Source of the DNA: Candidatus Hadarchaeota archaeon
Lineage (GTDB): Archaea; Hadarchaeota; Hadarchaeia; Hadarchaeales; JAGGTB01
Reading direction: 5' to 3'
Assembly: GCA_964399085.1 (NCBI GenBank)
Contig: CAYNPN010000004.1
Coordinates: forward strand, 15,680-79,679
Length of the DNA stretch: 64,000 nt
The position numbers and the translations under genes were made by a program. The notes beneath the pieces are model-generated. The model saw only the letters and a program-made list of their open reading frames with translations. It ran no database searches and had not been told where the DNA came from. Position 1 is the stretch's first letter. Each line of letters starts with the position of its first letter. Of this stretch, positions 27,469-37,987 are shown in pieces.

Positions 27469-27695
27469 TATTCATCCCCCTCCGTTTTTGTGGTAATAGC
27501 ATCATAAACACAGTATTCAGCGCATAGGGTGCAAGATTCTATACAATCGTCTGTGAAGCGAATTTCTTCTGGGAGGTTTATTATTATGTTGGCTTTTTCG
27601 GGGTTAAATTCCCCGGTGTGAGTTAAAGAGCAAATAAGTTGGCATGTACCACATTCAGTACATTCATTTGGTTGAATAGATATTTTTTTGCTCAT
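27468..27695 (-). CDS. 2x[4Fe-4S] ferredoxin
   Basis: 75 aa. CTECGTCQLIC and CTLCAEYC cluster motifs. Translationally coupled to the AOR. Confidence 0.8.
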   Translation of the reverse strand: MSKKISIQPNECTECGTCQLICSLTHTGEFNPEKANIIINLPEEIRFTDDCIESCTLCAEYCVYDAITTKTEGDE

Positions 27696-27839
27696 CTAGA
27701 GTTAATTTATTTACATCCTATAAAAGATTTTTCAGGGGGTTTGTTTGGATAATTCCCCTTAGAGCGTTTTATTTTCAATATCAAAAGATAAGAGGGTTTA
27801 CTGGGTAAAATATTACAAACTTAAGTTTTAGATATCATT

Positions 27840-28994
27840 CTACTTACGAAGGTTTTCCCCGGATTCGGCGTATTCTTCTAATAGATTACAGGGTTCATAT
27901 CTTTTATCTCCATGCTTTTTGTAAAGATTCAACAACTTCTCCTTGATTTTGTCAAATCCTTCTTCTTCAGCAATCTCACAGGGGCCTCTATTCCAACCTA
28001 AACCAAATTTAATGCCCTTATCGATATCTTTTGGCTCGGCGATATTTTCATTTATCAACCTCATAGACTCGTTCACCGCCACCGCGAAAACTCTTTCGTA
28101 ATCGTATTCACCGGCTTCATCGGGAGATATATCGGGTCTTTCTGGCCAACTATCATAGAAACCCTCCCCGCTTTTCTTACCGAGCTTTCCTTCTTCCGCT
28201 AGATTTGTAAGAAGAGGGCAGGGTTTCATTCTTTCGCCGTAAGCGTCATGTAAAACCTTTCCTACGGATTTTTGTACATCCAATCCTGCAATGTCAATTC
28301 CTTCGAGAATTCCCATAGGAAATCCGGCACCAAATTTAACTGCAGCATCTATTTCTTCTTTCCCCGCTTCATCCCGGTAAAGGGCCCACGCTCCCTCTAA
28401 AACGACCTGAGCGTACACTCTGTTGAGAATAAAGCCCGGAACATCCTTTTTGCATATTACAGACACCTTATCTAGGCTTTCGACATATTTTGTCGCTGCC
28501 TGTACTGTTTCTTCCGAGGTGTAATCCCCCTTAATTATTTCTACTAAAGGCACTATTGGGGGAGGGTTGGTGAAATGTATTCCTATGAATTTTTCAGGCC
28601 GACTGGTTGCTTCCGACATTTCTGTTATGCTTAAACTGGAAGTATTGCTAGAAAGTATTGTTTCCTTTGGTGCGGAATCATCTATTTTCGAGAATATTCT
28701 TTTCTTAAGATCCATCTCTTCCGGCGCCGCTTCGATGACGAGATCCGAATCAGGAACTTCTGCTAAATCGGTGGTTGTTTCGATTCTATTTAGAATTTCT
28801 TCTTTTTCTTCTTCTGTTATTTTGTTTTTCTCGACAAATTTGCCTAGGCTCCAATCTATATTATTAATTGCTTCTTCTAGAATGTCTTCTTCGACATCGT
28901 TTAGTATTACCTTGTAACCAGCCGTAGCTGATGTTTGGGCGATTCCGTTTCCCATCGTCCCTGCTCCAATGACTCCTACTTTCTCTATGTTCAA
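27840..28994 (-). CDS. 3-hydroxyacyl-CoA dehydrogenase (NAD-binding)
   Basis: VGVIGAGTMGNGIA Rossmann motif plus a C-terminal HADH dimerisation domain. Confidence 0.85.
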   Translation of the reverse strand: MNIEKVGVIGAGTMGNGIAQTSATAGYKVILNDVEEDILEEAINNIDWSLGKFVEKNKITEEEKEEILNRIETTTDLAEVPDSDLVIEAAPEEMDLKKRIFSKIDDSAPKETILSSNTSSLSITEMSEATSRPEKFIGIHFTNPPPIVPLVEIIKGDYTSEETVQAATKYVESLDKVSVICKKDVPGFILNRVYAQVVLEGAWALYRDEAGKEEIDAAVKFGAGFPMGILEGIDIAGLDVQKSVGKVLHDAYGERMKPCPLLTNLAEEGKLGKKSGEGFYDSWPERPDISPDEAGEYDYERVFAVAVNESMRLINENIAEPKDIDKGIKFGLGWNRGPCEIAEEEGFDKIKEKLLNLYKKHGDKRYEPCNLLEEYAESGENLRK

Positions 28995-29260
28995 AATTAT
29001 CTACTTCCTTTTGAGGATATTATATATTTCTTTTGAAAATTGATTTGTTATTTTGCCTATATGTTTATGTTGATATACTTAATAATACCTTTGAATACGG
29101 ATTCATCAGTAGGAGAAGTTTCATTTTATAAAATTCTGTTTCTTAACCGGAAAACCTAACAGTTCACAAAGTATAGAAGAAAGGTGGAGGTGAAATTATT
29201 TCTGAGGAAGAAGAATTTTGGGAAGTATATCAAGAGCATCTCGGTTATAGCGATGAAGAA

Positions 29261-29620
29261 ATGGAAAAATTCAGAGAGGATCCTAAAAAAGTCGAAGTAG
29301 CCAAGGCTCTATTTGGTAAAGAACCATTCAAAAAGAAATTAATAATCGAAGTTGTAGAGTCGCATGGATGTACTGTCGGACTTGAGCCCGGGGACAAGTT
29401 AGTTTTCGATGGATTGGGAGCCCTCAATACAGAAAGAAGTGATAGGTGGTGTGCTCATGCATTGTCCGCAATCCCTGGCGTGGCGAGTGTGGCACAGGAC
29501 AGGCTAGTGTCCGATCTTGATCCAGGAGATATGATATATGATCACTTTAGCTGTCAAGATGCACGCAGCGAGCACGGGTTTGGGCAAGTGATTATGAAGG
29601 CCTATGTGGAAGAAGAATAG
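29261..29620 (+). CDS. Hypothetical protein
   Basis: 119-aa ORF. A GGTGGAGGTGA RBS-like sequence lies about 70 nt upstream, so the start is uncertain. Confidence 0.4.
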   Translation: MEKFREDPKKVEVAKALFGKEPFKKKLIIEVVESHGCTVGLEPGDKLVFDGLGALNTERSDRWCAHALSAIPGVASVAQDRLVSDLDPGDMIYDHFSCQDARSEHGFGQVIMKAYVEEE

Positions 29621-29860
29621 GAAGTACTTCATGAAAATTAATTCAACTAAATTCGTTCATTATCCGAAATATAGCGATAGTACCACATTCCTAGAGAAGA
29701 ATAAGAAGTACTCCATTGCTTTAAAGCTATCAGCCAGTTGAATAGCCCGATTTGTTCTGAAGGCTAGGCTGAAGAAACATACGTGAAGTGAATTATTTGA
29801 ATGAAAATTTGATATTAAGGAATTATTGCCACCGTTTTGAGTCATCCCGCGTCTTAAAAC

Positions 29861-31616
29861 CTGTCTTTTACCCATATCTTTTCGACTGGAGCAAACATTG
29901 TCAATTTTTAGGAGTTGAAGTTGAGATTTCTATGTGTTTTGTGTGTTGATATCGTTGAAGCATGCTTTTTGATGGATCGGGCTCTGCGAGAGCGGAGCTT
30001 TGGCATTTTTCAAGGACTGATTGCCGACTGTCCGGGCTCTGTTTTTGGATGGGTGTTTTACGACGAGGATAGGATTTCGTGCCCTTCCGCCCAGATTTTG
30101 ACTTTTTTGAATCCTCTCCACATTACGATCCATCCTGGCGGTGGGTCGGAGGAACGGTTCAGGTATCCTCCTACTCTGGCTACTGCTATCGCGTATTCTT
30201 TTCCTGTTTTGCTTTCGAGGTCTGGATATTTGCTTTCCAGTACGGCTATCTGTGTTTCGGTGAGGAATTCTTCAGGGGCGATCTTTTCTTCTGTTCGGGC
30301 TATCTCTCGAAGATCTAACACTTTCCAGGCGATGACGGAGTAAATGCTTAGGAGCACTCCCATTCGTTCCCATTTTTCGAGCTGCCGCTCTTCTATCCTG
30401 CAGCCCGTTTTCAATGCTTTGTGCCAGTCTTCGATTTTCCACCGTTTCTGGTAATGGGTGATTACTTTCAAGACTTGTTCTAGGTTTTTCACCGGTTCGG
30501 TGGTCAGTAATACCCATAGGGTCGGGTCTTCTCCCCCTTCGATTTCTTCAACTCTCACCACGTTCACTTTACAGGGTGAGGTGACTTCGGGGTTATTTTT
30601 CGGCGGTAGAAGTTCACAGGTCCCGGCACGTATGGATAGTTCGGCGTCTCTGCCATCTCTGCCTCCCCCTTGCTGTATATGGATTTCCGTTCGCCCTATC
30701 TCAGGTAGGTTTTTGCTCCAGTCGAACAAGTGACTTTCCTGCCCGTCAGCGGTTCGAATACAGCGGTTCTGGTTGGCACGGATTAGAAATCCCGAATATT
30801 CTCCCTTCAGGTGTGTAAAAAGGGAGAAATCGTCGGCTCCACGATCATGTACAAATATGGGTCTTGTCTTTTCGGGCAGCATTTCCATCGCTTCCCTGTC
30901 CCCGCGGATCCATTTTTCCTGCTCACTCTCCAGCTGGACAGGTTCACCCTCCCCGTTAGTGTCACAGGTTTTAGTCGGATCTTCTCGCTGATTTTGGACC
31001 AATACCTGTTGATCCATCACTCCGGTCATCCTCCCAGTATTCGGATGGACCCCTATGGTAGAATGCACCAGAACACCCTCCACATCCGAGTTGGAGTTGC
31101 CAGTATCTCCAAGCCCTTCCTTGGAGGGGTGACTGGGGAATGTCAAAAAGGTGGTGTCCGAAACAATTAATAATTCTTCTTCCCCTTCCAAACGGGATTT
31201 TTGCTCTTCTTTATGCGAGGATAAAATTTCTTCAGGAGTCACATTTTCATTATCACAAAACCGGTATGTAGCCTTTGTGGAAGCCCAAGTTTCACACGCC
31301 TCAGGAATCGACTCAGAAGGAGCACAACCCAGAGCAATTCCAATCTTTTGAAGGCGCTTATCGAGACACTTATCCCCAAAATCAGCAAAACGAAACTCAT
31401 TCCTGATGTATGCCGCGACACCAGTACCGTAAGTCCTCTTTTCCAAACTCGCCAACACTTACCGACTCCAATCAGTCAATCACCTCGACCCAGCCCGAAA
31501 AAATAAAAATCACTTATAAATGGAAAATTTTTCGGTTCAAAAACCCATCACTCCTAAAACTTGAAACCCTACCTCAAGTGAATCCAACAAAAGCCGAACT
31601 TATGGGTAAAAGACAG
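29861..31616. mobile_element. IS4-family (Tn5/IS50-like) insertion sequence with 19-bp terminal inverted repeats and a 10-bp target-site duplication
   Basis: Left end CTGTCTTTTACCCATATCT (29861-) and right end atgggtaaaagacag (-31616) are inverted copies resembling the Tn5 mosaic end CTGTCTCTTATACACATCT. Both are flanked by identical gtcttaaaac (29851-29860 and 31617-31626). Confidence 0.8.
30058..31458 (-). CDS. IS4-family DDE transposase
   Basis: 466 aa with the C-terminal YREK region HYQKRWKIEDWHKALKTGCRIE characteristic of IS4/IS50 transposases. Lies between the TIRs. Confidence 0.85.
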   Translation of the reverse strand: MLASLEKRTYGTGVAAYIRNEFRFADFGDKCLDKRLQKIGIALGCAPSESIPEACETWASTKATYRFCDNENVTPEEILSSHKEEQKSRLEGEEELLIVSDTTFLTFPSHPSKEGLGDTGNSNSDVEGVLVHSTIGVHPNTGRMTGVMDQQVLVQNQREDPTKTCDTNGEGEPVQLESEQEKWIRGDREAMEMLPEKTRPIFVHDRGADDFSLFTHLKGEYSGFLIRANQNRCIRTADGQESHLFDWSKNLPEIGRTEIHIQQGGGRDGRDAELSIRAGTCELLPPKNNPEVTSPCKVNVVRVEEIEGGEDPTLWVLLTTEPVKNLEQVLKVITHYQKRWKIEDWHKALKTGCRIEERQLEKWERMGVLLSIYSVIAWKVLDLREIARTEEKIAPEEFLTETQIAVLESKYPDLESKTGKEYAIAVARVGGYLNRSSDPPPGWIVMWRGFKKVKIWAEGHEILSSS

Positions 31617-31664
31617 GTCTTAAAACGAGTAGTGAGGAACTTTTAAGCCAATAATGAAAGGTTT

Positions 31665-32105
31665 TCACTTCTTAGGAGTGAAAGCATGAATCACTCTATC
31701 TTCATCGACTTCTATTTTAGTAGGTTCGACTTTCATACCTATTTCCATTTCTTCTATCTCTGCATCTATTATCCTAGAACCCATTCTGAAACCGTGATCA
31801 GTTTTAACGATCGCCATAATAGCGGGACCTTGAATGTGCGGAGGAGTGCCTCTTAGGAAATGGGTATATGAATAAATTTCGCCTTCTTCTATTTCCACCC
31901 ATTTCAAATCCTTAGATAAACATATGGGACAGAAGATTTTTGGCGGCCAATGTGCTTGTTCACACTTTGGACAACTTGTAGTGGCTAATTTTCCTTCTTT
32001 CAATTTTTCATAAAACTCATAAATCTGTGTAAACTCCTCAGATTCTACAGGCCAAGGGTCCACCACGTATGGAAGATCCACCTTTCGATTTATCATTCTT
32101 ATCAT
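31665..32105 (-). CDS. DUF35 OB-fold/zinc-ribbon protein, copy 2
   Basis: CPKCEQAHWPPKIFCPIC zinc ribbon. Its ATG overlaps the thiolase stop (32102-32105). Confidence 0.8.
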   Translation of the reverse strand: MIRMINRKVDLPYVVDPWPVESEEFTQIYEFYEKLKEGKLATTSCPKCEQAHWPPKIFCPICLSKDLKWVEIEEGEIYSYTHFLRGTPPHIQGPAIMAIVKTDHGFRMGSRIIDAEIEEMEIGMKVEPTKIEVDEDRVIHAFTPKK

Positions 32106-33271
32106 CCCTTCTCAAATAAATTAACAGTATGACAACCTGCGTATCCACTCAAATTATGAGTTAGACCAATTTCCGCATCTTCAACTTGACACTCTGCAGT
32201 TCCTCTCAATTGATTGAATATTTCTCCCACCTGAGCTAAACCTGTAGCTCCAAAAGGATGCCCCCGACTTAATAATCCTCCGCCCGGATTAATAGTCACC
32301 TCTCCTCCCAATTCTGATTTTCCTTCCCCCACGAATTTTTTACCTTCTCCTTTTTCACAAAATCCTAAGTATTCAGTTTCTACTATTTCTGAGATAGTAA
32401 AACAATCATGCACACAAGCTACGTCTACATCTTCAGGTGTGATTCCAGCCTCTGCATAAGCGTTATTCGCTGCGGTTTCGAGTAAATTCATATGATGAAT
32501 CTCACCTTCGAGAGCTGATATAGTATTTCCAACGCCCTTTTGACCGTGAGCCGAAAAAAGGATTGGATCCTCTGATAACTCCCTAGCACGTTCTTCCGAT
32601 GTAAGAAGCACTCCGGCAGAACCATCGGTTACAGGACAACACTCTAAAATTCTAAGTGGTTCTGAAATCATTGGAGACTCAAGAACTTCTTGGACTGGCG
32701 TTTCTCTTTGGTAATGAGCATTTGGATTACTCTTTCCAAACTTGTGGTTCTTTACTGATACGGACGCTCGTTGTTCATCTGTTAAGCCATACTCTTCATC
32801 ATACCTCTTCGCAACTTGGGAAAAGAAAGACGGAGGGGTAAAGCCTTGAGAAAATACGAATTTATCCCCTAACCCTAAGTTGTAAAACGCTTCACTCCTA
32901 GAACCCTCTGGATGAGGTACATTTAATTTTTCTACTCCTAGAACTAAAACTAAATCTGCCATTCCAGTCATGATTGCTGCACTCCCCATAATCACTCCTA
33001 CATTCCCTGATGCACAAAGATTTTCAACTCTAGTAATCAGGCTATCGGGCTCTGCTCCAATTAACTCAGCAGTCCAAGGCGCTATATGTGATCCTGGGGC
33101 AGTTCTCTCAGGATACGCTGAGGAGACTATAAGACCATCGATATCGGACGGGGAAAATTCTGAATTCTTAAAAGTATTCATTGTTCCCTCCATTGCGAGT
33201 TCTCTCCATTGAACTTCCTGCCTAATTCCAAACTTCGTCATTCCCGACGCAACGATAGCAGCTTTTCTCAT
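32102..33271 (-). CDS. Thiolase-like protein (archaeal SCP-x type), copy 2
   Basis: MRKAAIVASGMTKFG N-terminus and CASG active-site region. Paired with DUF35. Confidence 0.85.
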   Translation of the reverse strand: MRKAAIVASGMTKFGIRQEVQWRELAMEGTMNTFKNSEFSPSDIDGLIVSSAYPERTAPGSHIAPWTAELIGAEPDSLITRVENLCASGNVGVIMGSAAIMTGMADLVLVLGVEKLNVPHPEGSRSEAFYNLGLGDKFVFSQGFTPPSFFSQVAKRYDEEYGLTDEQRASVSVKNHKFGKSNPNAHYQRETPVQEVLESPMISEPLRILECCPVTDGSAGVLLTSEERARELSEDPILFSAHGQKGVGNTISALEGEIHHMNLLETAANNAYAEAGITPEDVDVACVHDCFTISEIVETEYLGFCEKGEGKKFVGEGKSELGGEVTINPGGGLLSRGHPFGATGLAQVGEIFNQLRGTAECQVEDAEIGLTHNLSGYAGCHTVNLFEKG

Positions 33272-33312
33272 AACATGTATTCATCTCCATTCTTTTTTAA
33301 TAAGTATTTGGT

Positions 33313-33650
33313 TTGTTGAGAAATTGGGACATAATTCGGTTAAGGTGATGTCAGTCTCATGGTGAAGGGATTGTGTAGGATTGCTGTTGGAAATGATGTG
33401 GTTTCTCTTTTGTTTTCCCTCCATTGCGAGGTCTTTCTTCCGATTCTTTCCTTGTCTGCTCCGAAGTAGGTTTTCGAAAGTTCTCGCATGAAGTAATCTT
33501 TCAGAAAGCCGTAAGAGTCCCCCCTATCTTGTTCAGGATTTCGTGCTACCCGTACCCGAAGTTGGAGAGATTTTTCTTCGGTTGGACGCATACTTCCAAG
33601 TCCTTACCTAATTCTTGAGTGTTCTTTCTGTTGCTGTAATACTTGCTGAG
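33313..33650 (+). repeat. Noncoding paralogous element of about 340 bp, copy 1 (5-prime of the thiolase operon)
   Basis: About 85% identical, with indels, to 60685-61020 (ttgttgag(a/g)aattgggacataattcgg ... ttcttccgattctttccttgtctgctccgaag ... acgcatacttccaagtcct ... tgttgctgt). The indels break every reading frame. Confidence 0.7.
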
Positions 33651-34275
33651 TCTGTCTTTATGAAAGTGGATGTCGTGTCTCTCGACCTCGAGCCAAGAAG
33701 CCTCTTCGACAAAACTTGGAAGCTCCTGCAAATGTTCCACAATATACTTTCTCCTCCCGCTCCCCGCGAGAATATTTTTCCACTCCTTCTTCGTTTCCCT
33801 CTCGGATTTTCTCCTTTTCTTCTTCCAAAACCTCGTAAAATTTCTTCACACGTTTTCACGTTATTTTCATGTCACCAATTAGTAATGGATATGGACTACC
33901 ACATCACGATTTGAAGCAAACAAAATAGAACTCACCCACGAGATAGAAAAACTTTACGAAACCGAAATCAAACCCCAAGGAAACTCAGCCCGGTCAAGCA
34001 TCCCAAAAAACCCGTCGGGAAAAAGCACTAGTCATCGTGCTCAAAGGAGGCGAAACAGAATGAGTTAATTAATTATGTCTCAATTCCACTTGTTTGGAAG
34101 CACTTGTGAAGAAAACTTGAGATTATAAAGATGTTGTCTTTCCTTCATCATGACCTTGTTTTCGTGCTGTAGCATACATATTTTATCTATTACTCCTCAT
34201 ATTGTAAGTCGGAATTTTAAATTTTTCTTCTAACAGCATTTGCTAGCGTTTCAGCCCAATTTCGACGTTTTGAGT

Positions 34276-35948
34276 TGCAAAGCCCAAAACTGAATTATTC
34301 CGGCAAAAACTTTTCCAGCTCAAGGCTTGTCAGTAGGAAAAGCGTGTCCCAATCGACGTTACCGAGCTTGAATTGAAGAGAGTCGTTTTCCATCGCTACA
34401 ATCATGTCGAGCTTGTCGAACGCTTTTTTCACACCCTTCTCGGATATATTATCCGGAAGCTCCCTCCGAATATGTTGGTAGCAGAGCAGACCGACAAAAA
34501 CGAGGAAGAGGTGCGCTCGCATTAGGTGATCCTCCTCGGCGTACGGAGGTTCGACCGGAACTACCAGCGCCTTCTTGGTCAGGTGAAACATGTCCTCCAC
34601 ATTTTTACGATCGAAATAAGTCCTGACGATCTTGCTCGGGGACCAGTCCTCGTGGTCGGTCACGACCGCATGAAATCCCGCCGTCTCATAAACCCTATCC
34701 CACTCCTCATTCCAACCCCACTCGAGCTCTTCCGCACCCAGGTCGAAGGACCAATCCAAGCACTTATACCTCTTCTTAAGAACGTCTCTCAGCTTCCTCT
34801 CGATACCATCCTCGGTGAGCGGACGACCCCGTCCTCCGCTCTTGATCTTATCCCGCAAATTATCGAGCAAAACTTCCGCTTCTTCCCTCGCCTCCTTCAT
34901 CCTTTTCCGAATCTTTTCTCTGGTCGTGTCGTGATAGGACAGCACGACTCGCCACTCGTTCTTCCCGAGCTCGACCCGACCGGAATCCCTAACGTAACAC
35001 TTGCCGTGGCTCGTCTCGTGAGACAGCTGGAACTCGTCCAGCTCGGCATCGTCGATCTTCTCCTCCACCAGGTTCCGGTTCCTCTTCACCCCCTCCACGA
35101 CGTGGGCATCCGACGACTTGGTCAGGTCGAAATTATCCCCGTCGTCGAAACCGCGGTCGAAAACCACCGTGACCTCCTCCAGGTCCGACCCCGCGGACTC
35201 TATCCTCCGACAGACCTCGTTGAAGAGTTCGGAGAAGAGCCTGTAATCGTGCCTGTTCCTTGGATAAGCGGTGCTAAGCACGGGCAAATCATCGCCCGAG
35301 ACCGCAAGAGCCAGACTGACCAAACGCCGCCCGAACATCCCGTCCTTACTTTCCCCGATTCTCAGATATTTCGTGTCGTCTTGGACGTAAGTACAATAGT
35401 TGGTGGTGTCTAGATGACATTCTTCAATCTGTTTCCCGTCGAGGACGCGACGCGCCAGCTCCTCCTGCAAGGTTTCGATCTTCTCCTCACTCAGACTTTC
35501 CGCCAAAAACTGGTAAAGCCTCTGAACTGTCGTGACGTCCTCCCGCCACCAGAATGGGAAGAAATGGTCCGAGTAATCTTCTACAGCTTCCCTCATGCTC
35601 AAATCTTTGAAAAATCTGCACCAGACGAGCAAGAACATTTTTCCCCACGCGGGAAAATCGTGGTTTTCCTTCTCATCGAAAACTTTCGTGAAAAACTCAT
35701 CCAGTTCAAGATCTTCGAAAGCTCACCTGAGACCTGCTGCCTGAGTGAACGGGACTGACTTGAGTTCGGCACTCTCGGCTACTGGGCTGTTGAATCTTTC
35801 GAATATTTTTTCGACGCTGCCTAGATAAAGCACGTTCCGAACTTTTGTCCTGCCGTCCTCGTCGCGGAACGACTCTCTGATCTTGTAATAGGTTCCGCTC
35901 TACCGTTTGTCGGCATAAAGATGCATCAAATACTTTTGGGCTTTGCAA
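34276..35948. mobile_element. IS element of the IS4 superfamily (ISH3/IS1634-like) with 15-bp perfect terminal inverted repeats
   Basis: TTTTGGGCTTTGCAA at 35934-35948 and its reverse complement ttgcaaagcccaaaa at 34276-34290 bracket the transposase gene. No clear target duplication was seen. Confidence 0.6.
34295..35638 (-). CDS. DDE transposase (IS4 superfamily, ISH3/IS1634-like)
   Basis: 447 aa. Acidic catalytic residues in HLDTTNY and VVFDRGFDDGDN, and a C-terminal E...K region (RTYFDRKNVEDMFHLTKKAL). GC-rich relative to neighbours. Confidence 0.75.
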   Translation of the reverse strand: MFLLVWCRFFKDLSMREAVEDYSDHFFPFWWREDVTTVQRLYQFLAESLSEEKIETLQEELARRVLDGKQIEECHLDTTNYCTYVQDDTKYLRIGESKDGMFGRRLVSLALAVSGDDLPVLSTAYPRNRHDYRLFSELFNEVCRRIESAGSDLEEVTVVFDRGFDDGDNFDLTKSSDAHVVEGVKRNRNLVEEKIDDAELDEFQLSHETSHGKCYVRDSGRVELGKNEWRVVLSYHDTTREKIRKRMKEAREEAEVLLDNLRDKIKSGGRGRPLTEDGIERKLRDVLKKRYKCLDWSFDLGAEELEWGWNEEWDRVYETAGFHAVVTDHEDWSPSKIVRTYFDRKNVEDMFHLTKKALVVPVEPPYAEEDHLMRAHLFLVFVGLLCYQHIRRELPDNISEKGVKKAFDKLDMIVAMENDSLQFKLGNVDWDTLFLLTSLELEKFLPE

Positions 35949-36112
35949 TACAGATGCTTAAATCAGGTAATAACATCCCTAGCTGAGAGCTGATGGAAGA
36001 ACGCCGAAAAAGATAAACTGTCACTTACAATAAGGGTAAAAAATTCCAAAATTTTTCATGTTCAGTCTTGGCTTCTTAATTTTACAAAAACTTAATTCAA
36101 TTACAATTTCGA

Positions 36113-36940
36113 TTAAAATACTTTCTCCAGCGCATCCCTAATCTCATCGTAGTTAAATATGGGCCCATCTAGGCATACACGCTTTTCCCCGAGCATACAA
36201 TGACCGCACATCCCCATTCCGCATTGCATACGTCTTTCCATAGATAAGAGGAGTTGGTCTTTTTCAAATCCTCTCTTCATTAAGCTTTCTGCGGCATAAT
36301 GCATCATTGCACTTGGTCCACAAAAAACTACTATTCCATTCTTTGGATTAAACTCGGTTTTATGGAATAGTTCAGTCACTAAACCAACGTGCCCATCCCA
36401 GTTTCTATCTGGTTTTTCTACGGCTAGTAAAGTCTCTACCCCCTTCTCCTTATCTAGAAGATATGTGTTTTCGTATATCAAATCCTTCGGAGTTTTAGCT
36501 CCGTAGAAAAGCTTCAGTTGGCCAAAGTTGTCTTTTTCACTTACTAAATTTTCTATTAAAAGTCTAAGACCTGAAAGTCCTATTCCACCAGCTACTAAAT
36601 ATATATCTTTCCCCTTTAACTCTTCCATCGGGAATCCATTCCCAAATGGCCCTCTTATTCCAATTTTCGATCCCTTATTTAGCTCTTCTATTTTTTTTGT
36701 TACACTTCCGATTTTTTGAACTGTAACTTGGAACTTGTTGGCCTTTGTATCTAAAACGTTTGCGATACTTATTGGAAATTCTCCTTGGCCAAAAATTGTC
36801 ATCTCGACGAACTGTCCAGGAATAGGCCTCAACGTTTCTCCATTTTCTAAAGATATTGTAAGAGTTTCTATTTTCGGGGTTTCTTTAATTCTCTCTTCCA
36901 CTAAGCCTAGTTTAGGTAAATATATATTTTCCGAACTCAC
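36113..36940 (-). CDS. FAD/NAD(P)-binding electron-transfer subunit with a C-terminal [2Fe-2S] cluster (PyrK / sulfhydrogenase gamma-like)
   Basis: Ferredoxin-NADP-reductase-like fold with a C-terminal CGMGMCGHC...C cluster. Overlaps the upstream beta-like gene by 4 nt. Confidence 0.7.
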   Translation of the reverse strand: MSSENIYLPKLGLVEERIKETPKIETLTISLENGETLRPIPGQFVEMTIFGQGEFPISIANVLDTKANKFQVTVQKIGSVTKKIEELNKGSKIGIRGPFGNGFPMEELKGKDIYLVAGGIGLSGLRLLIENLVSEKDNFGQLKLFYGAKTPKDLIYENTYLLDKEKGVETLLAVEKPDRNWDGHVGLVTELFHKTEFNPKNGIVVFCGPSAMMHYAAESLMKRGFEKDQLLLSMERRMQCGMGMCGHCMLGEKRVCLDGPIFNYDEIRDALEKVF

Positions 36941-37977
36941 GCTTCCATCACCTTCCTTAAAGCTTCCCGTATGTCAATTTCGGATTGGCAGAATTTTATG
37001 CATCGCCCACATCCAACACAGAATATACTATCGTACCTCATTGGTGTATAGTAAAATTTATCATACATTCTGTGCTTAAACCTTGAGGTTTTTTCTTCTC
37101 TAATATTAAGGCCTCCGGCCATCTCGGCGAATCGTTTGAAGTGACAAGAGTCCCACGTGCGAACTCTTTCGCCTTTGCTTTGATTAGCATTTGTTCTCTC
37201 CTTTATTGTAAAGCAGTGACATGTAGGACAAACTATATTGCAGTTTCCACAGGTCTCACATTTCTCTGAAAATTCGTTCCATAATTTATCGTTGTACCGT
37301 TTTTCCATCTCTTTGGATAACCCTTCTATTTCTAAATCTTGAGGTAGTTCGTCTCTAACTTTCTCTATTGCCTTTTCCCTTTCTTCCATCTGTTCGTCGG
37401 TGGCATCCTCAAAATAGTCACTTTCTAGTAAGCTATTCCCTGTTTCGCTTCCGGACTTCACGTAATATGAATCGCCTATATCAGTCATTAACAGGTCAAA
37501 GCCATCCTCAATATCTGGTCCAGAACCTGTTATATTACAAAAACACCTTTCTCCTGCTTCTTTACAGGTCAGGCCGATTATAATTGAGTTGTTTCTCCTA
37601 TTTTTGTAAAAAGGGTCCTCGAATTTTTCTTCTTTAAGAACTTTGTCTAGATGTGAAACTGCAGTTATATCACAGGGATGGATCCCTAAAAACAGTCTCT
37701 TATTGTCCCATTTGTCCATTGAGTCCTCAAGTTTAACATCGCTATTCTCTTTCTCATATCTATATAGAATTTCGCTATCCGGGAAAAGTATATTTTTTAG
37801 AGGCAGCATAGTTTCGGTGTAATGAAGTTCCAATTCGTCTAAGCTATCTATATAATCAATCGTAATATTTGTGAAAGCCGAGATACTTCCTTTTCTTGTC
37901 GGCCCAATTATTTTATATTTATCTCTTAAATCATCGAAAAATTTTGGGAAATCCTTTTTGGCTAAAATCTTTTCCAT
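36937..37977 (-). CDS. Iron-sulfur subunit (sulfhydrogenase/hydrogenase beta-like, multiple [4Fe-4S])
   Basis: Cys clusters CETCGNCNIVCPTCHCF and CVGCGRCIKFC, plus additional CxxC pairs. Confidence 0.65.
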   Translation of the reverse strand: MEKILAKKDFPKFFDDLRDKYKIIGPTRKGSISAFTNITIDYIDSLDELELHYTETMLPLKNILFPDSEILYRYEKENSDVKLEDSMDKWDNKRLFLGIHPCDITAVSHLDKVLKEEKFEDPFYKNRRNNSIIIGLTCKEAGERCFCNITGSGPDIEDGFDLLMTDIGDSYYVKSGSETGNSLLESDYFEDATDEQMEEREKAIEKVRDELPQDLEIEGLSKEMEKRYNDKLWNEFSEKCETCGNCNIVCPTCHCFTIKERTNANQSKGERVRTWDSCHFKRFAEMAGGLNIREEKTSRFKHRMYDKFYYTPMRYDSIFCVGCGRCIKFCQSEIDIREALRKVMEA

Positions 37978-37987
37978 TTTTCTTCCC

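Noticed and set aside
29915-30343. 142-aa plus-strand ORF at the left end of the IS4-like element
   Set aside because: Overlaps the transposase on the opposite strand. No motifs. Likely spurious.
33340-33914. Several 60-100-aa ORFs on both strands, and the pair of similar minus-strand ORFs 33340-33591 and 60733-60963
   Set aside because: The two similar ORFs share only their first 23 residues, then diverge because of indels in the underlying 340-bp repeat. Conservation is nucleotide-level, so these were treated as noncoding repeats rather than genes.
34526-35413. 295-aa plus-strand ORF inside the ISH3-like transposase gene
   Set aside because: Antisense artefact of a GC-rich gene. The minus-strand product carries the DDE motifs.
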